Source of the DNA: Trichosphaerium sp. ATCC 40318
Lineage: Eukaryota; Protista; Tubulinea
NCBI GenBank assembly: GCA_038496445.1
Contig: JALMLS010000092.1
Span: forward strand, 1-64,000
DNA: 64,000 nucleotides
Direction of reading: 5' to 3'
Below, piece after piece: positions 24,990 to 39,781 of the stretch. Within the stretch, counting starts at the first letter, position 1. Every line of letters starts with the position of its first letter. The notes under the pieces are model-generated. The model saw only the letters and a program-made list of their open reading frames with translations. It searched no databases and had not been told where the DNA came from. The translations under genes were made by a program, and so were the position numbers.

Positions 24990-27900
24990 ATGGCAGAACA
25001 AGCGCCAGTAACGGGATGGTCTATAGAGCAAGTGGGTGCATGGCTTGAGAGTAAAGGGTTGGGCGAATGTAAAGCGTGCTTTGCTGAAAAACAAATAGAC
25101 GGTGAAAAGCTTCTTACACTTGGTATACGCGACATACAACGATTAGGTACTTTTTGCCGTCCGTTTTACGCTGTTTTACCCTCTGAGCAGATATTCCAAA
25201 TCCTCGATTGTTCAGACGCATAGACTACAACGTAAAGAAGTTAAAGGAAGAACAAGCCACGAAAGTACAAAAAGCAGAGAGTAACTCACGAGAAGTACGA
25301 TTTAGAAAAAATATGTCACTTCTATAATCGACATTGTAGGTACTTGTTATGCAGCGTATGGCGCAAATAAACTCTCAAGTGGACGCTCCAGCAGCTAAGC
25401 CTGAGACGCCAACGTCAAAACAAACTGAGGAGAAGCCTGTCAAGGACGCGTCTACCAAACCAGTTGAAGACAGAGCAGGTACCCACTCGCTCAGGAAAAC
25501 ATCAAGTGAGACAATAATGATAACGGTTTCTCTTTTAGACACATGGGATACACCACAGGTGGTTGCATGGTTCAATAGTATAGGGATGAGCCAGTATGGC
25601 GACACCTGTAAACAGAAAAATATAAACGGCGCTGCGTTGCTGGCGCTGAGTGCCCGTGATATTGTCCGTACCTTCAACATACAGAACTTGAAAGACAGGT
25701 ACCACGTTTCATCGTGTACACGATACACGTTTTATTGAGGATGATTGATAGGCACAAGATATCCCATGAACTCGCAAAGGTAAAAACTAAGGTAACTGAA
25801 AAGAAGAACACATCTGCTGAGGACAATGTGGTGTACGTTGTTGGAGCTTTGAAATGTTTTGCAGTTCTCGCTTGTCAGGCTAATTATATCATTCGTTAAA
25901 GCGTCAATCCAAATGAACAAAGGCCACCTCAATACAAGTACATGAATGGTGTCTATGTACACTACACCACAGCAAACAGTGCTGTTATTTTTGAAGGTGA
26001 GAACACCAAAGATGTTCCAAAGGTTGTCGCATTTACACTGGAACGACCTGTAAATACGGTGCAATCGCACAAGACATACCCAATCCACATCTTTCTATTG
26101 CCAAAGTGCACCAAGAAAGTGTTTTTGCGTGTGGTGGCTCAAGATAAGACTAAACCAATGACCTTTTCTTTCACGTGCACACAGCGTGATGCAGTGATTG
26201 ACGACTATTTAACGGTATGATACAAGTGAGTACTTGATTTGTTCTAAGCTATGCACGCCAGACCAAAGATGAACAAATGTCAGAGGTGATCGCAGCCAAT
26301 AAGGCCTTGTACACAGTCGAAGATAATGTTGATGTGTCCGTCTTGAGAGAGCGATGCGCTTCAATGAAGGCTTCTTTTATAGATTTGGCTTTCCCTCCTG
26401 TGAAAAAGTCATTGTACATTGACCTCAATGACCTCCCTAAAGAAGCGAGTACGCCATTATAACGAAACTGAAATCAAAAACGACTACCATCTCACACGTG
26501 ATCGGTTAGAGCGTTTTCCTATTCAGTGGAAGAGACCTGTAGAGTTCGGTGGCTCTGATTTAAAGTACCACGAGAAGACTCCTTTATTTCCAATAACACC
26601 ACCTGTAGGGTATTTTCAGGTGGTATACAGCCTAGTGATATACAGCAAGGAAAGCTTGGTGATTGTTGGTATGATTAAAAGGAGAGTGCAAGCCGCGTCC
26701 AATAACAAGTTTACTCCAGGTTCCTTGGATCTCTTTCTATTATTGCCGCAAAGCCAGAGCTCGTCTTGAATCTGATGCTCACCAAGGAGTACAATGAACA
26801 AGGTATATATGAGGCACAGTTCTATAGAGGTGAATCTTGGACCAAGGTGGTCATTGACGACTACCTCCCTTGCACACCAATAACAGGGTTAGTACATATT
26901 TATTGCTATTTGAATGCATCCTTCCTCACACTTTTACTCAGCCACATGCCTTGGGATTTGGAAACACAACTTAGAGTAAATCCCTTTGGTCCACGTGGAG
27001 GTTTAGTATACACTCGGACGAACAACAATGCATTGTGGGTTTGTTTACTTGAAAAGGTACGCACCTAGCTGCCAACGCCCACTTGCTGTTTTTATTAAGT
27101 TTTGTGGTAGGCATACGCCAAGTTGAACAAGTCGTACCAAGCCCTAGAAGCTGGTACCCTTGCAGAATCGATGCGAGACTTAACAAGCTATCCGTGTTAC
27201 TACATGAACACGTTGTACTACGACAAGTGCGGTTCATCACCACGGAATCATTGTCTCAAACAATCTGTTGTAGAGAGGTCATTTGGGAGAGATTGTACGA
27301 AGCTCACAGCAATGGATTATTGATTGGATGCTCATCTCGTCACTTGACACTAGAAGAACGCTTTTCTGGATTCTCTTTGGACAAATTTGGAATAGTATCA
27401 GGTCATGCCTATGGTCTTCTAGGCGTAAAGAAAGTGACTCACGGTGGTAAGATTCTGAGGTTATTGCGTGTCAGAAATCCTTGGGGTAATTTTGAGTGGA
27501 AGGGCGACTATGGTAATGACTCCTCTCTGTGGACAGCTGAACTCAAGGCTTTGGTTGATTATAAAAGAGAATCAGGAACATTCTGGATAGAGTGGCGTGA
27601 TTTTACAGAACACTTTAGAGAGGTTACAGGTATGCATGCCTATTGTAGTAGGTTGGTAATAATTATTAACGACTTTACAAAAAGTGTGTTTGTATGGACA
27701 GATAAACGACTGGAAAAAGCAGTCATTTACTGGCGAGTATGACAACGACAATCAATATGGTCCACAATTCGAGTTCACTGTAAAAGAGCGCACACAATTG
27801 TGTGTGACGCTATCAAAGAAGGATCTCAGATTCTCGTGTGGTATGCACCCAAACTGATTCTGTTTGCAAATCAACCTAATGCATTTCATCAGGTGCTGAC

Positions 27901-29361
27901 GTTGATAACAAGCATGGATTGTACCTTCTAAAAGAAGTCAACGACTCTGTTAACTATACTTGCGTTGATCTTGTAGACGGTACAGGTGATTGGACGCGTA
28001 GAGAACTGACACTTGTGCTTGACTTGGAACCTTCTCAAAAAGTATGTTTCTTTGTTTTCAACATTCATTGTATTAGTTTTACCACTCCGTTTAACATGTT
28101 GTGTTTAGCCTTATATTCTGGTTTGCTCTGCGCGTATAGGTAACCTCAAATTCAGCAGTTGCAGCTGGACGTTGGAGATCTCTAGCAAGCAGGACATTCA
28201 AGTCAAACAGCGTACTGTAATCAATCGCGATCACATGTTGCTCAGTCTTGTTGCCTTCCAGAGATACCATATCAAGAAGGAAGATGTACGCACTCATTTT
28301 ATAACAACTGCTTCTAACACGTGGGTGAAACGGAATAGGTGTTCTGCTCCATGTTGTATGCCCTGATGCACTATGCATACTACAATGACAACAGAGTCAT
28401 CATAGCCAAATACGGTGTCATTCCATTCTTGCTAGAACACATACCGTATGAATTCAAAAACATTGATTGTACTGTCTAATGTGCTGACATTGGTTGTATA
28501 CAGGAAGTTTAACGAAAAGAAGACGACACAAAAGATTGCATTGTCTCTCATATGGAATCTGGCTTGTGGCACTGGTACGACAATTTTCGCGGTGATAAGG
28601 CAATGGGAACTCAGTTTTGTGATATTAGATGTTCGTAAGGAATTGGTGTCTCTTGGTGCTCAACAGTTGATTTCTTCGATAACAGCCAAGTACTACAAGA
28701 ATGCTGAAATAAGAGAGATTGCAGCTGTTGCCTCCAGAAATCTAGAAATAGAGAACGGCATTGGTACGACCTCAACAGCTGTGGCTACATAAATAGCGCT
28801 AATGTTAAATATTAGCAATGGATCCTTTGATAGAGAAATGTATCATTGGCGATGCTTGTACATTCACTGTTACAGGAGACAAAACCTTCTTGTTGCAGGT
28901 ATGGTATGATTGCTACACATGCAATCTAAGATCAGGTTATGGTGTATGTGCCACGTGTGCTAGTACGTTTCACAAAGTTGTTACAAGCTGTTAATGACTT
29001 GTTACTAGCTAAATGCCATGCTGGCCACAATCTGAGTCCACCAAAGTTTGCACGATTTTATTGTGATTGTGTACGTCATATTTAACAGCAACATAACAAC
29101 TCTCTACTACAATTCAACTTTGCACTAGGGTTCTGGAGCGCTAAAGGACAAGCTATGTACTTGCGTCAAGAAACCAGAGGATCTTGGACTGCAAAAAAGG
29201 AGAGAACGTGATGAAGACTACATATCCAAGGTTCGTCGCTTAACATATGTTTGCATCCACCTTCAGCTCACCCATCTTAGGACGAACTTAATCCTGATCC
29301 AGACCCCTTCAAATTACCGTTTGGTTTACCGAGTGCGCCACACCATGATTTGACGAACTAG
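24990..29361 (+). CDS. Calpain-family protease: SAM-SAM-CysPc-domain III-like-ARM-UBR-box zinc finger
   Basis: Two SAM domains (WSIEQVGAWL, WDTPQVVAWF). Catalytic QQGKLGDCWFL, SGHAYGLL and RNPWG. The spliced C-terminus reads CTFTVTG...WYDCYTCNLRSGYGVCATCATKCHAGHNL...FYCDCGSG. Confidence 0.9.
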
Positions 29362-29527
29362 CTAACGCTATTTAGAACCTAAAAAACCAAAATCCAAATC
29401 TAACAATATTGCAACGCTGTTTGACTCATAATAAATTGAATGTATTCAATAAACGAAAAAACGTCAGATATGTCCAAATAATACGCAATTGCTCAAAGTT
29501 TGTTGTTAGATAAAGCAAAAGGTTATT

Positions 29528-29609
29528 CGACACGAGCAGGATTTGAACCTGCGCGGGCAGAGCCCAATAGATTTCAAGTCTATCTCCTTAACCACTCGGA
29601 CATCGTGTC
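29528..29609 (-). tRNA. tRNA-Ser(TGA)
   Basis: GACACGA/TCGTGTC-G acceptor, ATAGA-CTTGAAA-TCTAT anticodon arm, long variable arm GGGCTCTGCCC, GTTCAAATC T-loop. Confidence 0.96.
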
Positions 29610-29921
29610 TTGTTCTGGTTAATGAAGCAAAAATTACGCTACCCATTTTTTAAGAATCAATAATTCTTTCTCAAGAGCTGAAAATGTTTTTGTACGTTAA
29701 TATGTTTGCGTACTTGTTTCCAGTGCATCAGCGAGCCGAGCGAATAGACTTGTGACACTTTTTTGTCAGGTAACAACACAGTGGTTATTAATAAGCAGCT
29801 GTAGAATAGCATGGTTGTAAAAAGGCCACAAAGGTTCTGGCATTGAAGAATCTAATGTTTGCGTTTATCGTACACTGTATTATTTACAATAGAGTTTTTT
29901 AAAAAAGGTTGATTACGCCAA

Positions 29922-32900
29922 TCAAGCTGATGTATTGCTGGTTGGATCTGGTCCTGCCAAATATTTCCTGCGATCAACAGTCTCCAACCAGTTATTAATG
30001 TACTCCTCAGGAGCTGATCCACTCATCTACGAAGAAAGCGGTCAGCAATGTTCAAAAACAAAACAAGAAAAGTCTAAACGGGCATTGCCGTACGTTGACA
30101 TTAAAATAGACCAAAATCTTCCGCAAAAAGTAAACCAAATCGCTATTCTCGCTCTTTTTATCAACAAGCATAAGTTTAATCTTCTTGTTGCGTCTTGCAA
30201 GCATATTAACCTAACACTGCATCAGCACGTACTAAAAACACAACACAACATAAAAGAAAAACTAAAGAAGTATGTGTACATTGGTGTCATGAGCATCTTT
30301 GAGGTCATGCAATTCATTATCAAGGTCATTCACTTTCTTCTCCAACTCCTTTATGATCGCACGACACTGTGTCACTTCCATGGTCAGTGCGGAGTTCGAG
30401 GTCATTAAATCAGGAAGCATATCGCATAACTGATCAAACGCCTCCTGTCTCTTTGGGTTCTCAACGTGACTGGCAGCCATTGCGAACTTTGCAATAGTTT
30501 GCACTCTTTGCTGTGACAAATGCGACGCTTCAATGAGTTCAACAAGTGTGTAGTTCTTCAGAGCCAATTCATCACGCTCCTTCTTGGCCTCGTCCAACCT
30601 CAATGTCAACCGTTTTACACGTCCTAGGAGGTGAGCTTTTTGTTCAGCTGTTTGCCTAAAGGACCAAACCGTCAATAACAAAAAAAAAATTACAAAAAGT
30701 TCACAGTGTGCTACTAACCTGGATATTTTATCAAAGTCTGAACGAATACTCTCAATGCTACTACGTTTACTGTGATCCGCTAAGCTCAATAACTTCCATC
30801 TATAAAGGCGATTAATAACAATAATACGACAGGCATATTTTTTGAGTAATAGAAGAGCTGCAGGCGTACTTGTTGGCTTTGTCTAGATAGTCAATCTTTT
30901 TATTAGCAATCTCTAGTGCCCGTTGAAGTGCACTAATCTCTTCTACGTTGTCCTGGTTGCTACTTGCCTGTTGCCTATACAACCAGTGTTAATACACAAC
31001 GCTATCGAACAAACAGAAAATGTGTAATCGTACCCAGAAGTGGTGCGTCTGAGTTGTTCTTCAAGACGCACAATAGTCTCGTTTCTTTCCTTTAACGAGA
31101 ATTCCGCTTCTTGAAGTGACGCTGTCAATTCTTCTTGTGCAGCCTTTAGGTCTGCATCCTTGTCCTTTAGTGCTTGTTGAAGTGTAGCGCTTGTTTGCTC
31201 AAGCTCGGCAACGGATAACTCATTGCGCAGACAAGCTTCATTGGCTGAGCTCAGAGACACTTTTGTCGCAGCCACCTCATCTTCTAGCACCTTATTGGCT
31301 TGTTCAAGTTGGGTGTTGCGTTCCTTCTCTCCCTCTACAACCTTCACCAAAGCCTCCTTCTCTTCTTGCTCTACTTTATAGCTATGCTGCAAGGTCTCAA
31401 GAGACAAGGCAGTGGCATCACTAGCCTGTTTCAGGGCATCGTAGTTGGTTTGGATGTTTTCAATTTCGCGACATTTTGATTCCAAAGCGGCACTCTGTTC
31501 CGCCACAGAAGCTTGTAACGCTCTCAGTTCATCTACATGACCTTGAGCTGAAGCTGATAGGTTCTCAGTGAGTTGTGCCCTTTCGATTTCAAAGGCGTTC
31601 TTCTGTTGATCCATCTCGTTGAACAGTTTGGCGTGAGCCTTTTGCAAATTGACAAAGTCAACGCCCAACTTTTCAACAGCGATAGCCTTTTCAGCCACGT
31701 GACTGGACACTGCAGCGTCTAGTAAGCTAACGGTATTGATCATCTCACGAAGGACATCTATAGATTCACCTTGAGGAGGTGTACTATTGTATTCGGAGCC
31801 AATGGCCTTGAACACATTCTGCAGTTTGCTTTCAATTGAAGAAATGGCATCAAGATGAGCGACATTGCTGGCACTCACTGACTCAGCATGCTGGCGCTCA
31901 GCTTCAGATTTAGCGTTCTTGAGGTCACTGTACTGTCTGGAGAGTCGAGAAAAGCAAAAGTTAAGGCCAACGAGTTGTAGCTGATGGTGTTTTGTCACCT
32001 AACAAATAATTAGTAAAAAGAATTGGGTTACAACTTATTTGACAAAAAAGAAAAAAAGTGGTACTTGAGCCTGTCCTGCGTGTGCTGTTGCTAATGCTTC
32101 CTCTGCATTGGCTAAACGTTCGCTGTAGTCTGTTTCGCAACGCTTGGAAGAGGCCATGAAATTTTCAAGGTTAACCATGGTAGTCTCGGTGATTTTCTTT
32201 AAGGAAGAATTCTCCAAGTTGAGGTATTCAATTTCTTGTTGCAGTTGGGCTTGATGCTCTGTAAACGCTTTTAATTTTTCTTCTGCAGTTACCACTGCTT
32301 GTTCTTTATGTAGTGTTAATTGTATTTTAGACAGTATAGGCGTTACCTGTAGCTTGAAGTGTAGTCAAGGCATGAGACAATTTTCCTTCAATAGTCTAAA
32401 AATAAAGTTAGAAAACATAAATTTAGTGAATCGCCAATGACTATCGAACCTTGCATTCTGAATCTTTGGTTTTTAGTTGCTCTTCTAGCGCTGCACATGT
32501 AGTCCCTTGGGTAGCCAACGATTGTGTCTACAGTAGAGTTAAGGAGATAAAAAAAGAGGTCGCATGAAAAAAAAGAGTACCAGCTGCATTATTTGTTGTT
32601 TGAGGCCGTGATTCTCTTGGAGCTGTCCGTCATATGAGCTTGATACAGTACCAAGTTTAGCTTCGAGTTCACATAGTTCAGCGATTTGCTGCTCAAGATT
32701 TGCTATTGTTTCCTTTCCAGCGGCTACCTTTGAGACTTGTGTCAACTTTTGTTACAGCAAAACAACAAAATGTGTGGATACTTACTTGTTGTAACGTTTC
32801 TTCTAGCACACCATCAACACCAACTTTCTCTTCGGTAAGTGCTTGTAAGGCTCCTTGGGTTTCCTTTAATTTAGCATGATTTTCACAGGCATATTGGCTT

Positions 32901-35365
32901 TGCAAGGCGAGGCGTTGCTCAGTCCTAATCAGACAATGAATCAATCAAACAACAAACCAAGGAGAAAAAAAAAAGAATGAACGTCGAGGACAGTGAACAA
33001 CAAGACGGGTAAATAGGAATTGAATAACGTACGTAGCTAGTTTCTCTTTACATTCTTTCAACTCTGTGTTATTTTGCTCGGCTTTAGAGATGAGTGATTT
33101 ACGCTCACGGTCAAGTGCTTCAACCGCTGCGCTGATTTCGCGTCTTGCTGCCTGGATATCAGCTTCACGTGAGTTAACTCCACTGCGAAGAGTGTAGATA
33201 TGCTATTAAAACAAAGCGTTAGCCACAACGTGCATTAAAAATAACAAAGCCACAGTGGAGTCAAAACGAAAAAAAGTAAAAAACAAAAGCTGACTACCAA
33301 AAAAGCTGCATCCACAAAAAAAAAAAGAGTCCAAGTACCTGAGCTGCTTGTGAGCATTTCGCACTAAAGAGTTCGAGGTGTTTACGCTTAGCTTCTAGTT
33401 GTTGTGATGTTTGAGCAACCTTATCCATCTTTGATAACAAGGCAAGGTATCTCTCCTTGTACTTTTCTTGCTGATACTCGTCTATCAACTTTTGTGTTTG
33501 CTCCTTATGCTCCTTGTACATTACTGTAATATCCAACTCTAGGTCTTTCACCTGACGTTCAGATTTTTGCAAGCGAGCTTCCATATCCTCAAACTCCGCA
33601 TTGCGCTGCTCTGTCAGTGATTCTGTGGCTTTGATCTTTTCTTGAAGGACATTAACTGCTTCTTCCTTTATTGCAAGACACGCTTCCATCTCTGCCATTC
33701 GAGATGAGTACTGACCGAATTGCCTACCACACACTTTAGAACAACAACGAAATCAACGCCGAACAAAAAAAACAGGTCTAGTTTCGAACAGAAACGCGTC
33801 ACAAAAATTAAAAGACAAAAATTTAGGCTATGCTTGAATTAATAGAACATGTCAAAAAAATTGTAATTGGACAAAACTTACTGTTGAGCATCCTCGAGTT
33901 TTGAGGCATAAGCCTTGATTTGTGTATCCTTCTCTTCCAAAATCATGGATTCTTTCTCTACTAGAGTCTCTTGAAGGGAATCAAGTTTCATTTCCTTCTC
34001 TGTGAGCAATAGCTGGTAACGATGATCGAGTTGTTTCACATCTTCCTTCAAAGACTCAATGATATCAGTCTTAGAACTGACTGTCACACGAAGGTTGCGA
34101 TTACGCTCTTCTAACTTTTCATTCTTTTCTCTCAATAACTGCGTCCTAATCATCCAACTCTCATTGCTAGTAGATGTAGGAGAGTCAGCGCCATTATCAT
34201 CAACCTCTGTATGCACTAAGGCGAAAACAAAAGTCAGCCAAGACCATCAACAAAAAAAAAATCAAAAAACTGCCAGCTGTTTTAGATAGTTGGGTTGGTA
34301 CCTTTAGACTCTATTTGTTCTTTCAATGCCAATATTTCTTCATCTTTTTCTCGGCAAAGGCTGTAAATAGGTCAACAAAGGCAAGGCAAGTCCGAATAAA
34401 GAAAACTTACGCTTTCAAGTCCGCTAGTTGTTGTTCTTGATTTGCTATTGTCTGCTGTCTTGTCTGACGCTCTTGGAGCAATATATCGAATCGAATTTCT
34501 TGCGTTGCATACTTCTCTACTTGATCAGCGAGTGCAGTATCGCGTTCTTGGATGGTAGTGATCGCCTCTGAGAGCTGACCACTCAAAATCTCAACTTGCT
34601 CCTTCAGACTCGTCGTATTAGCCAGTTGCTCTGTTAATAACTGATAAAAAGTCAGTAGGGACCTCTAACGATAAGAGGCGAATACAAGGCGCTAGCGGTC
34701 CAGAAGAGAAAAAATGAAATCCATACTTTTAAAATACGCGGACGTGCGCTGTGAGGATTTTTAAAGGTGTTCTGACGTACTTTATTGCCTTGGCCAATGT
34801 TTCCATGTAATCGTTTAGCTGCTCCTTCCCATTCGCTGGTGTTGTCCTTTTCGAGTAATAACTTTTCATTTAGGTTCACTACGAGATCCACGAGAGTTTG
34901 GGAATCCAAATGCTTGGAGAGACGTTGAGAAACGAATAAAGTTTTTCTTTTGAATTATTGTTCAAATAAACAAAACAGGTTGTACTTGGTACACTACCCT
35001 TCAATTGGCCACGTACTTGTAGTTTATCTCGTGAAAGTTTTGGCACGACAGGTGAAGCGTGCAGTTCATCAAATCCAGCACCTTCGCGTGGCGTAGCTTT
35101 AGGAGGTTTACGAGGAGTGCCAACATGAGGTTTCATTATGCGTTTCTTTAGCAACTCTTGTGGCAAAACAGGGTTTTCTCCTGCTTTGGACGCAAATACG
35201 CGTTGGTTGTTGTTTTTTAAGCTAGTTGCGCTTGCCTGGTTACGCGGTTAATTTTTTTTGAAAGTTCAAATATACAAAACGCGGGAGGGTTACCATCATG
35301 TTTGGGTGTATGTTTTCAACGCCATCAGCGCTTACGCCAAGCGTTATTGTGTTGATATCCGCCAT
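29922..35365 (-). CDS. Large coiled-coil protein (multi-exon)
   Basis: Continuous E/K/Q/L heptad-rich exons joined by canonical introns. Probable start MADINTITLG...ENIHPN. Confidence 0.8.
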
Positions 35366-35798
35366 TTGATTATTAGTGCTGTATTAATTACTCGTACATA
35401 CACTAGACACTGGCGTTTAGAAATAACCGATACAAGATTTCTTGTTGAAAGTGGCGCGATTTTTGAGTCAAAACAGCTCGGTGAGAATTTGCCTGGCAAA
35501 ACCTTGGCATGTTCCAACATTATTGTCTGCTACCATGATTGCGTGAGCAAATACCCCTGAAGGCTCTCACTTTACCAAGGGACCCCGAAAAACTGAAAAT
35601 TAGCATAATTGCTTTTGCGCCGTTTGGCAATTTTGCTGTTGGTGAATTTATCAGTTGCACTAATTAATTATGTCGTCAGCTCAGAGGAGGTTTGATAGGT
35701 CAATAATTAGCCATGTATCTGACTGCATTTCTGATAGGAGTCAGAGATCGACCAAAACATCGTATAAACAACGTTATGGTGTGTATGCAAACGATTTA

Positions 35799-38049
35799 AT
35801 GGATGGAGAAGGTAATATATTAAGATGATATCCAATTCTAACTCTCTAAGGCGCGAGTGTACCAACGAACGTTGTCGCTTCAGAAAGTACGTTTTAGCAG
35901 TAACGGCGATGCCAAAAAACCAAAAGAAATTAAAGAATTTTACATGCGAACGCTTTCAGGGACATGTGGGCTACTAGAACCGCCTAATCAAAACCAATTT
36001 GATCCGCTTGCCCGATAGCAAATATCTTTTTCTCAGCCTCCTAGCTCCGATAAAACTACAGAAACGCGTTTTTTTCAACCGCTTTAAAGCGATCTTGGGC
36101 ATTAAAGCAAAACTAAGTCTGTAACTTGCTTTTTTTCCTCTTGATCGCTCTCTTTTAGTGGACTCAAATACTCTTGCGCTAAAATACCGTTAACCGCTCC
36201 GAAATTCCCTATTTGAAGACTAAACGCCTATAATAGTTACACCGACTGGTACAGTTTCACAGCCACCACCTGGGCCTACAAAGAAGAAGGCAAGACGTCA
36301 GAGGCGTCCTTGGACCGAGGCGGTAAGAACAAAACAACTTTCTGCGTACAATATTTATCCACAACACCTGAAAAAAATTGTCCAGGCACTGTGATTTTCC
36401 ATTTGTTTATCCTGTGTACACCTAAAAATTAGTCGTACCAAAAAATTTTATTGATAAAAAAAATGCCCAAAATGAGTACAGTGTACTACTACAGTGTTTT
36501 ACTTTTTTTGGTGCAACAATTTCTGATTTGATCGGAATTCAAGATTTGAAATGAAAAACTTTCGCAAACAACCTTTTTTTGGTGTTTTTTTTTTCAAGTG
36601 CTTCCAACTAACGCAAATACCCACAGGAGGAACAAACAATACTTAAATTCGTAAAGGAAAAGGGTGCAAGAGGATGGGCGGAGTGTGCTAGCTTATTAGA
36701 AAGTCGTACTGCGAATCAAGTGTCTTATCACTACAAAAATCACTTAAAGGACAAAGACACCAAAGGAACCACAAAAAAAGCTGCACCAGCCCGTTCTACC
36801 AAAGAAAAACCAGCGGCACCAGCGAACACAGCCACACGCGTACAACAAAATGTGAAAAGTTCTAAAACACGTGCTGACGAACCGTTAGAAAATAAACAGT
36901 CGTGCACCTCGACAACCAGCACAAGCTCCACCGCCACGCTCTATGGGCAGGCCAATACAAAGACGTCATCCTGGGGCGAAACAAGGACCTCGTGTACAAG
37001 GTACTATGCCTTCAAGACCACCAAGTCATCTCCTCAATGGTGTTGCGCTTAAAAGGAGTCCAGTGCCGGCACCAGGCATGCATCCAGCTTATCATCCCCG
37101 ACAGCGTAGGCCTATACACAGTGCGTACTTTCACCCTTACTGTTAACAGTTCCCCAGTGTGATACTTACGTCTATTTTTCTTTGTAGCTAAATTATTCCC
37201 TTCTACTATGCCTGTGCCTGCAGAGCTTTATCGGTACATGTCGTCTCCAGATCTACAACCAACGACGCTGTTGCCGCGTATGCGTCCTATTCCAACATTG
37301 AAATTAAGACAACCTCTTGAACAAACGCCACCCTCTCGTATGCTGGATGTATTGGATTGGAGCAGTCTACAAATTCCAATAGATGTAAGCTACATACACA
37401 AAGATCGCATTGAGTACGTGCCGTGTGGCTCATTTAATTTTTTTTTCCGCGGGATAAAACTAATGGTTGGGCTTTAGACCTGTAGGTGAAGGCTTATTTC
37501 CTAATGTGGCCGATGCTGTAATGAAAGAAATTGGAAGGCCGGCTGTTGTTAATGGCGCAAAGACGCGGAAGAAATCTGCAGTTGAAAAACCGTCAAGGAC
37601 TCAAAAGAAGCAAAAGAGGCAAACAAAAGCGAGTACACGTACAAAAGCAGCCTCACAAACTGAGGCTAAAATGAAGAAAATGCAAAACAAGATTTTGGCG
37701 CAATCACACTCTTCCAGGCAATCTCGTAGGAGAGAAGCAGCAACCCCTTCTAAATCCGCTCAAGCCGCCCAAGATTCGAGTAAAACGCCTCTACCATTCA
37801 TAAGTGGTACAAACCAACAAAAACTCAAACAAAAAATTAACAGCTTTATTTTTAGGACCTTCCTTTCGTGTACCGCCTGTTATAAACAAGCGCTATCACA
37901 CTGGTAAAGGCCCAGCGGGTTCGAGTGTACCGCCACGGCCCATGACACAGATAACAGAAGATGTGCCGTTTGGTAGTTTCACAATGTCAACATACCAAAA
38001 AAACGGTATCAAGTGGAACAAAAACTACAAGGCGGCAGGCGCGCAATAA
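35799..38049 (+). CDS. Myb/SANT-domain transcription factor with Pro/Lys-rich tail (start tentative)
   Basis: Spliced RRPWTEAEEQTILKFVKEKGARGWAECASLLESRTANQVSYHYKNHLK. Confidence 0.82.
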
Positions 38050-38275
38050 TCTCGCCCTAATTTTTTTTTTTCTGTGCCATACAACAAGAACGAACGAACA
38101 GTCGATATACTGGACAGCTGAGTTTCCTTAGATGAAAAAAAAAAAAAAAAGAAAAAGATCTTTATGCTAGACAACTATTTTGGCTGATATATAGTTCAAG
38201 ACGGATCAGTTTTCGACGGTGTCACACCACTTAATTTTTTATTTTTCCCCTATTTACAGTTGCGCCAGATTACAA

Positions 38276-39487
38276 TTACCAAAGTCCACTCGATGTGATT
38301 GTATTGCGAATAGAGCGCACATACTGTGCGGGTACAAAATACTATAAAGTGTTAGCCGCGATTCAAGTTCAAAACCCCCAACCCATTGTACACTACAAAC
38401 AAACCAAAAAAAAAAAAAAATAACAGACTCAAAGTGGCCCAAAGAAAGAAAGAAAAAAAAATCAAAGTGTATGTAAAATTGTAAATAATCACTAGTTTTT
38501 TCCCCTTATAATTATACTGCGATGGCTTGGTTATTCTAATTTAAAGTGTTTTGACCCAATTGGTAACGTACCATGTGGAGTTTTGAGGTTTCAATGTAGA
38601 GAGTCATGATGTGGTACTCCTCTCGACCTTTGATTGGTTCTGACATAACCTTGCGGATACTACCGAATGGGTACTAGAGGGAAAGGTTACTTAAGAAAAA
38701 AAAACTTGTTCTACTCACTTTTCGCGTAGTGGATGCGCTAGAGATCCACAACATCCTTTCAAATGTCTTGAAAGTCAATCTGATTTTATTTCCTCGTCCA
38801 TCAAGTAGACCTTTTAATGCTGGAGGGTTCGGAAGTGCCACCTGTGGACGATATGAGATTTTTCTATTTTGGAATTTTCAAACATCTGCTTGGTCATTTC
38901 AACTGTTCGTACGTGCTTGTCTTTGATGCCTGGTACGGCTTCTTCAGGAGGACCCATATCACAAACTTTTTTGTGAGGCTAGAAGGTCAGTTAGCGGAGA
39001 TTTTGAATTAAGTTGTCAACAAAAAAAAATCGCTTTTGTTGCTTGTACCTTCTCTTCGCTCATTGGCCCTTTTGATTCTTGTTCTAGCGGTTTTGGAGTT
39101 AATCATTCGCCGTTGATGAATTCAAAAAACATTTAATTGTTTACCTAGCTTCGCTTGCGCGCCTGGGGTTGGCTTTGTATTAACAGCGACTACTTCTTCA
39201 ATGCTAATGCACATTAGCGCCGTTTTTGTTTAAAAAGATGGCTGATGGTACCTAGAGCCTACTAACATGAGCTTGGCACCATTGCGAAGCTTATAATCAG
39301 TGAGTTTCTTCGTGTCCTCCTTTAGAGGCCTTCCTCTGAATACAATCTTCTGAAAAGCTGGATCCACCTTGCTTTCTGCGTACAACAACTGTTTAAAGTC
39401 GTGAACGCTTGCATCTCTAGCAACATTGAGCTTGTAAGTTTTATGGTTGTGCTTTATTTGAAGCCTCATAGTCGTTACGGCTGCCAT
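38276..39487 (-). CDS. UBFD1: Ubiquitin family domain-containing protein 1
   Basis: N-terminal UBL ending KLMLVGS, then HKKVCDMGPPE, KIRLTFK, SIRKVMSEPIKGREEYHIM, YFVPAQYVRSIRNTI. Confidence 0.85.
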
Positions 39488-39781
39488 GCTGTTAATAGTA
39501 ATTGAGGCTAATTTAAATGAAAAAATTAATATTACTTAACTACCCACGCCTTGCGTAATTAGGCGTCTATGAGGTTGTACGTGAAGAATTGACATGAAAA
39601 AAACTGTACCTTAAGTGCCACAATTTGTTACTGGTTAACGATCATGTGTTTGACGGTGGCTAGGATGTAACGTCATTTAGTACATGTACCGAAAAGTTTG
39701 GACAAATTAAGCAAGTAGTAGCAATAAGCCTGCCTTTTATAAGGTGCTGTAGTACAGGCGAAAGTCTATGAAGGTGCTTGC

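Noticed and set aside
29528-29609. Selenocysteine or suppressor tRNA
   Set aside because: The anticodon is TGA (reads UCA, Ser) with a normal 7-bp acceptor stem, not TCA.
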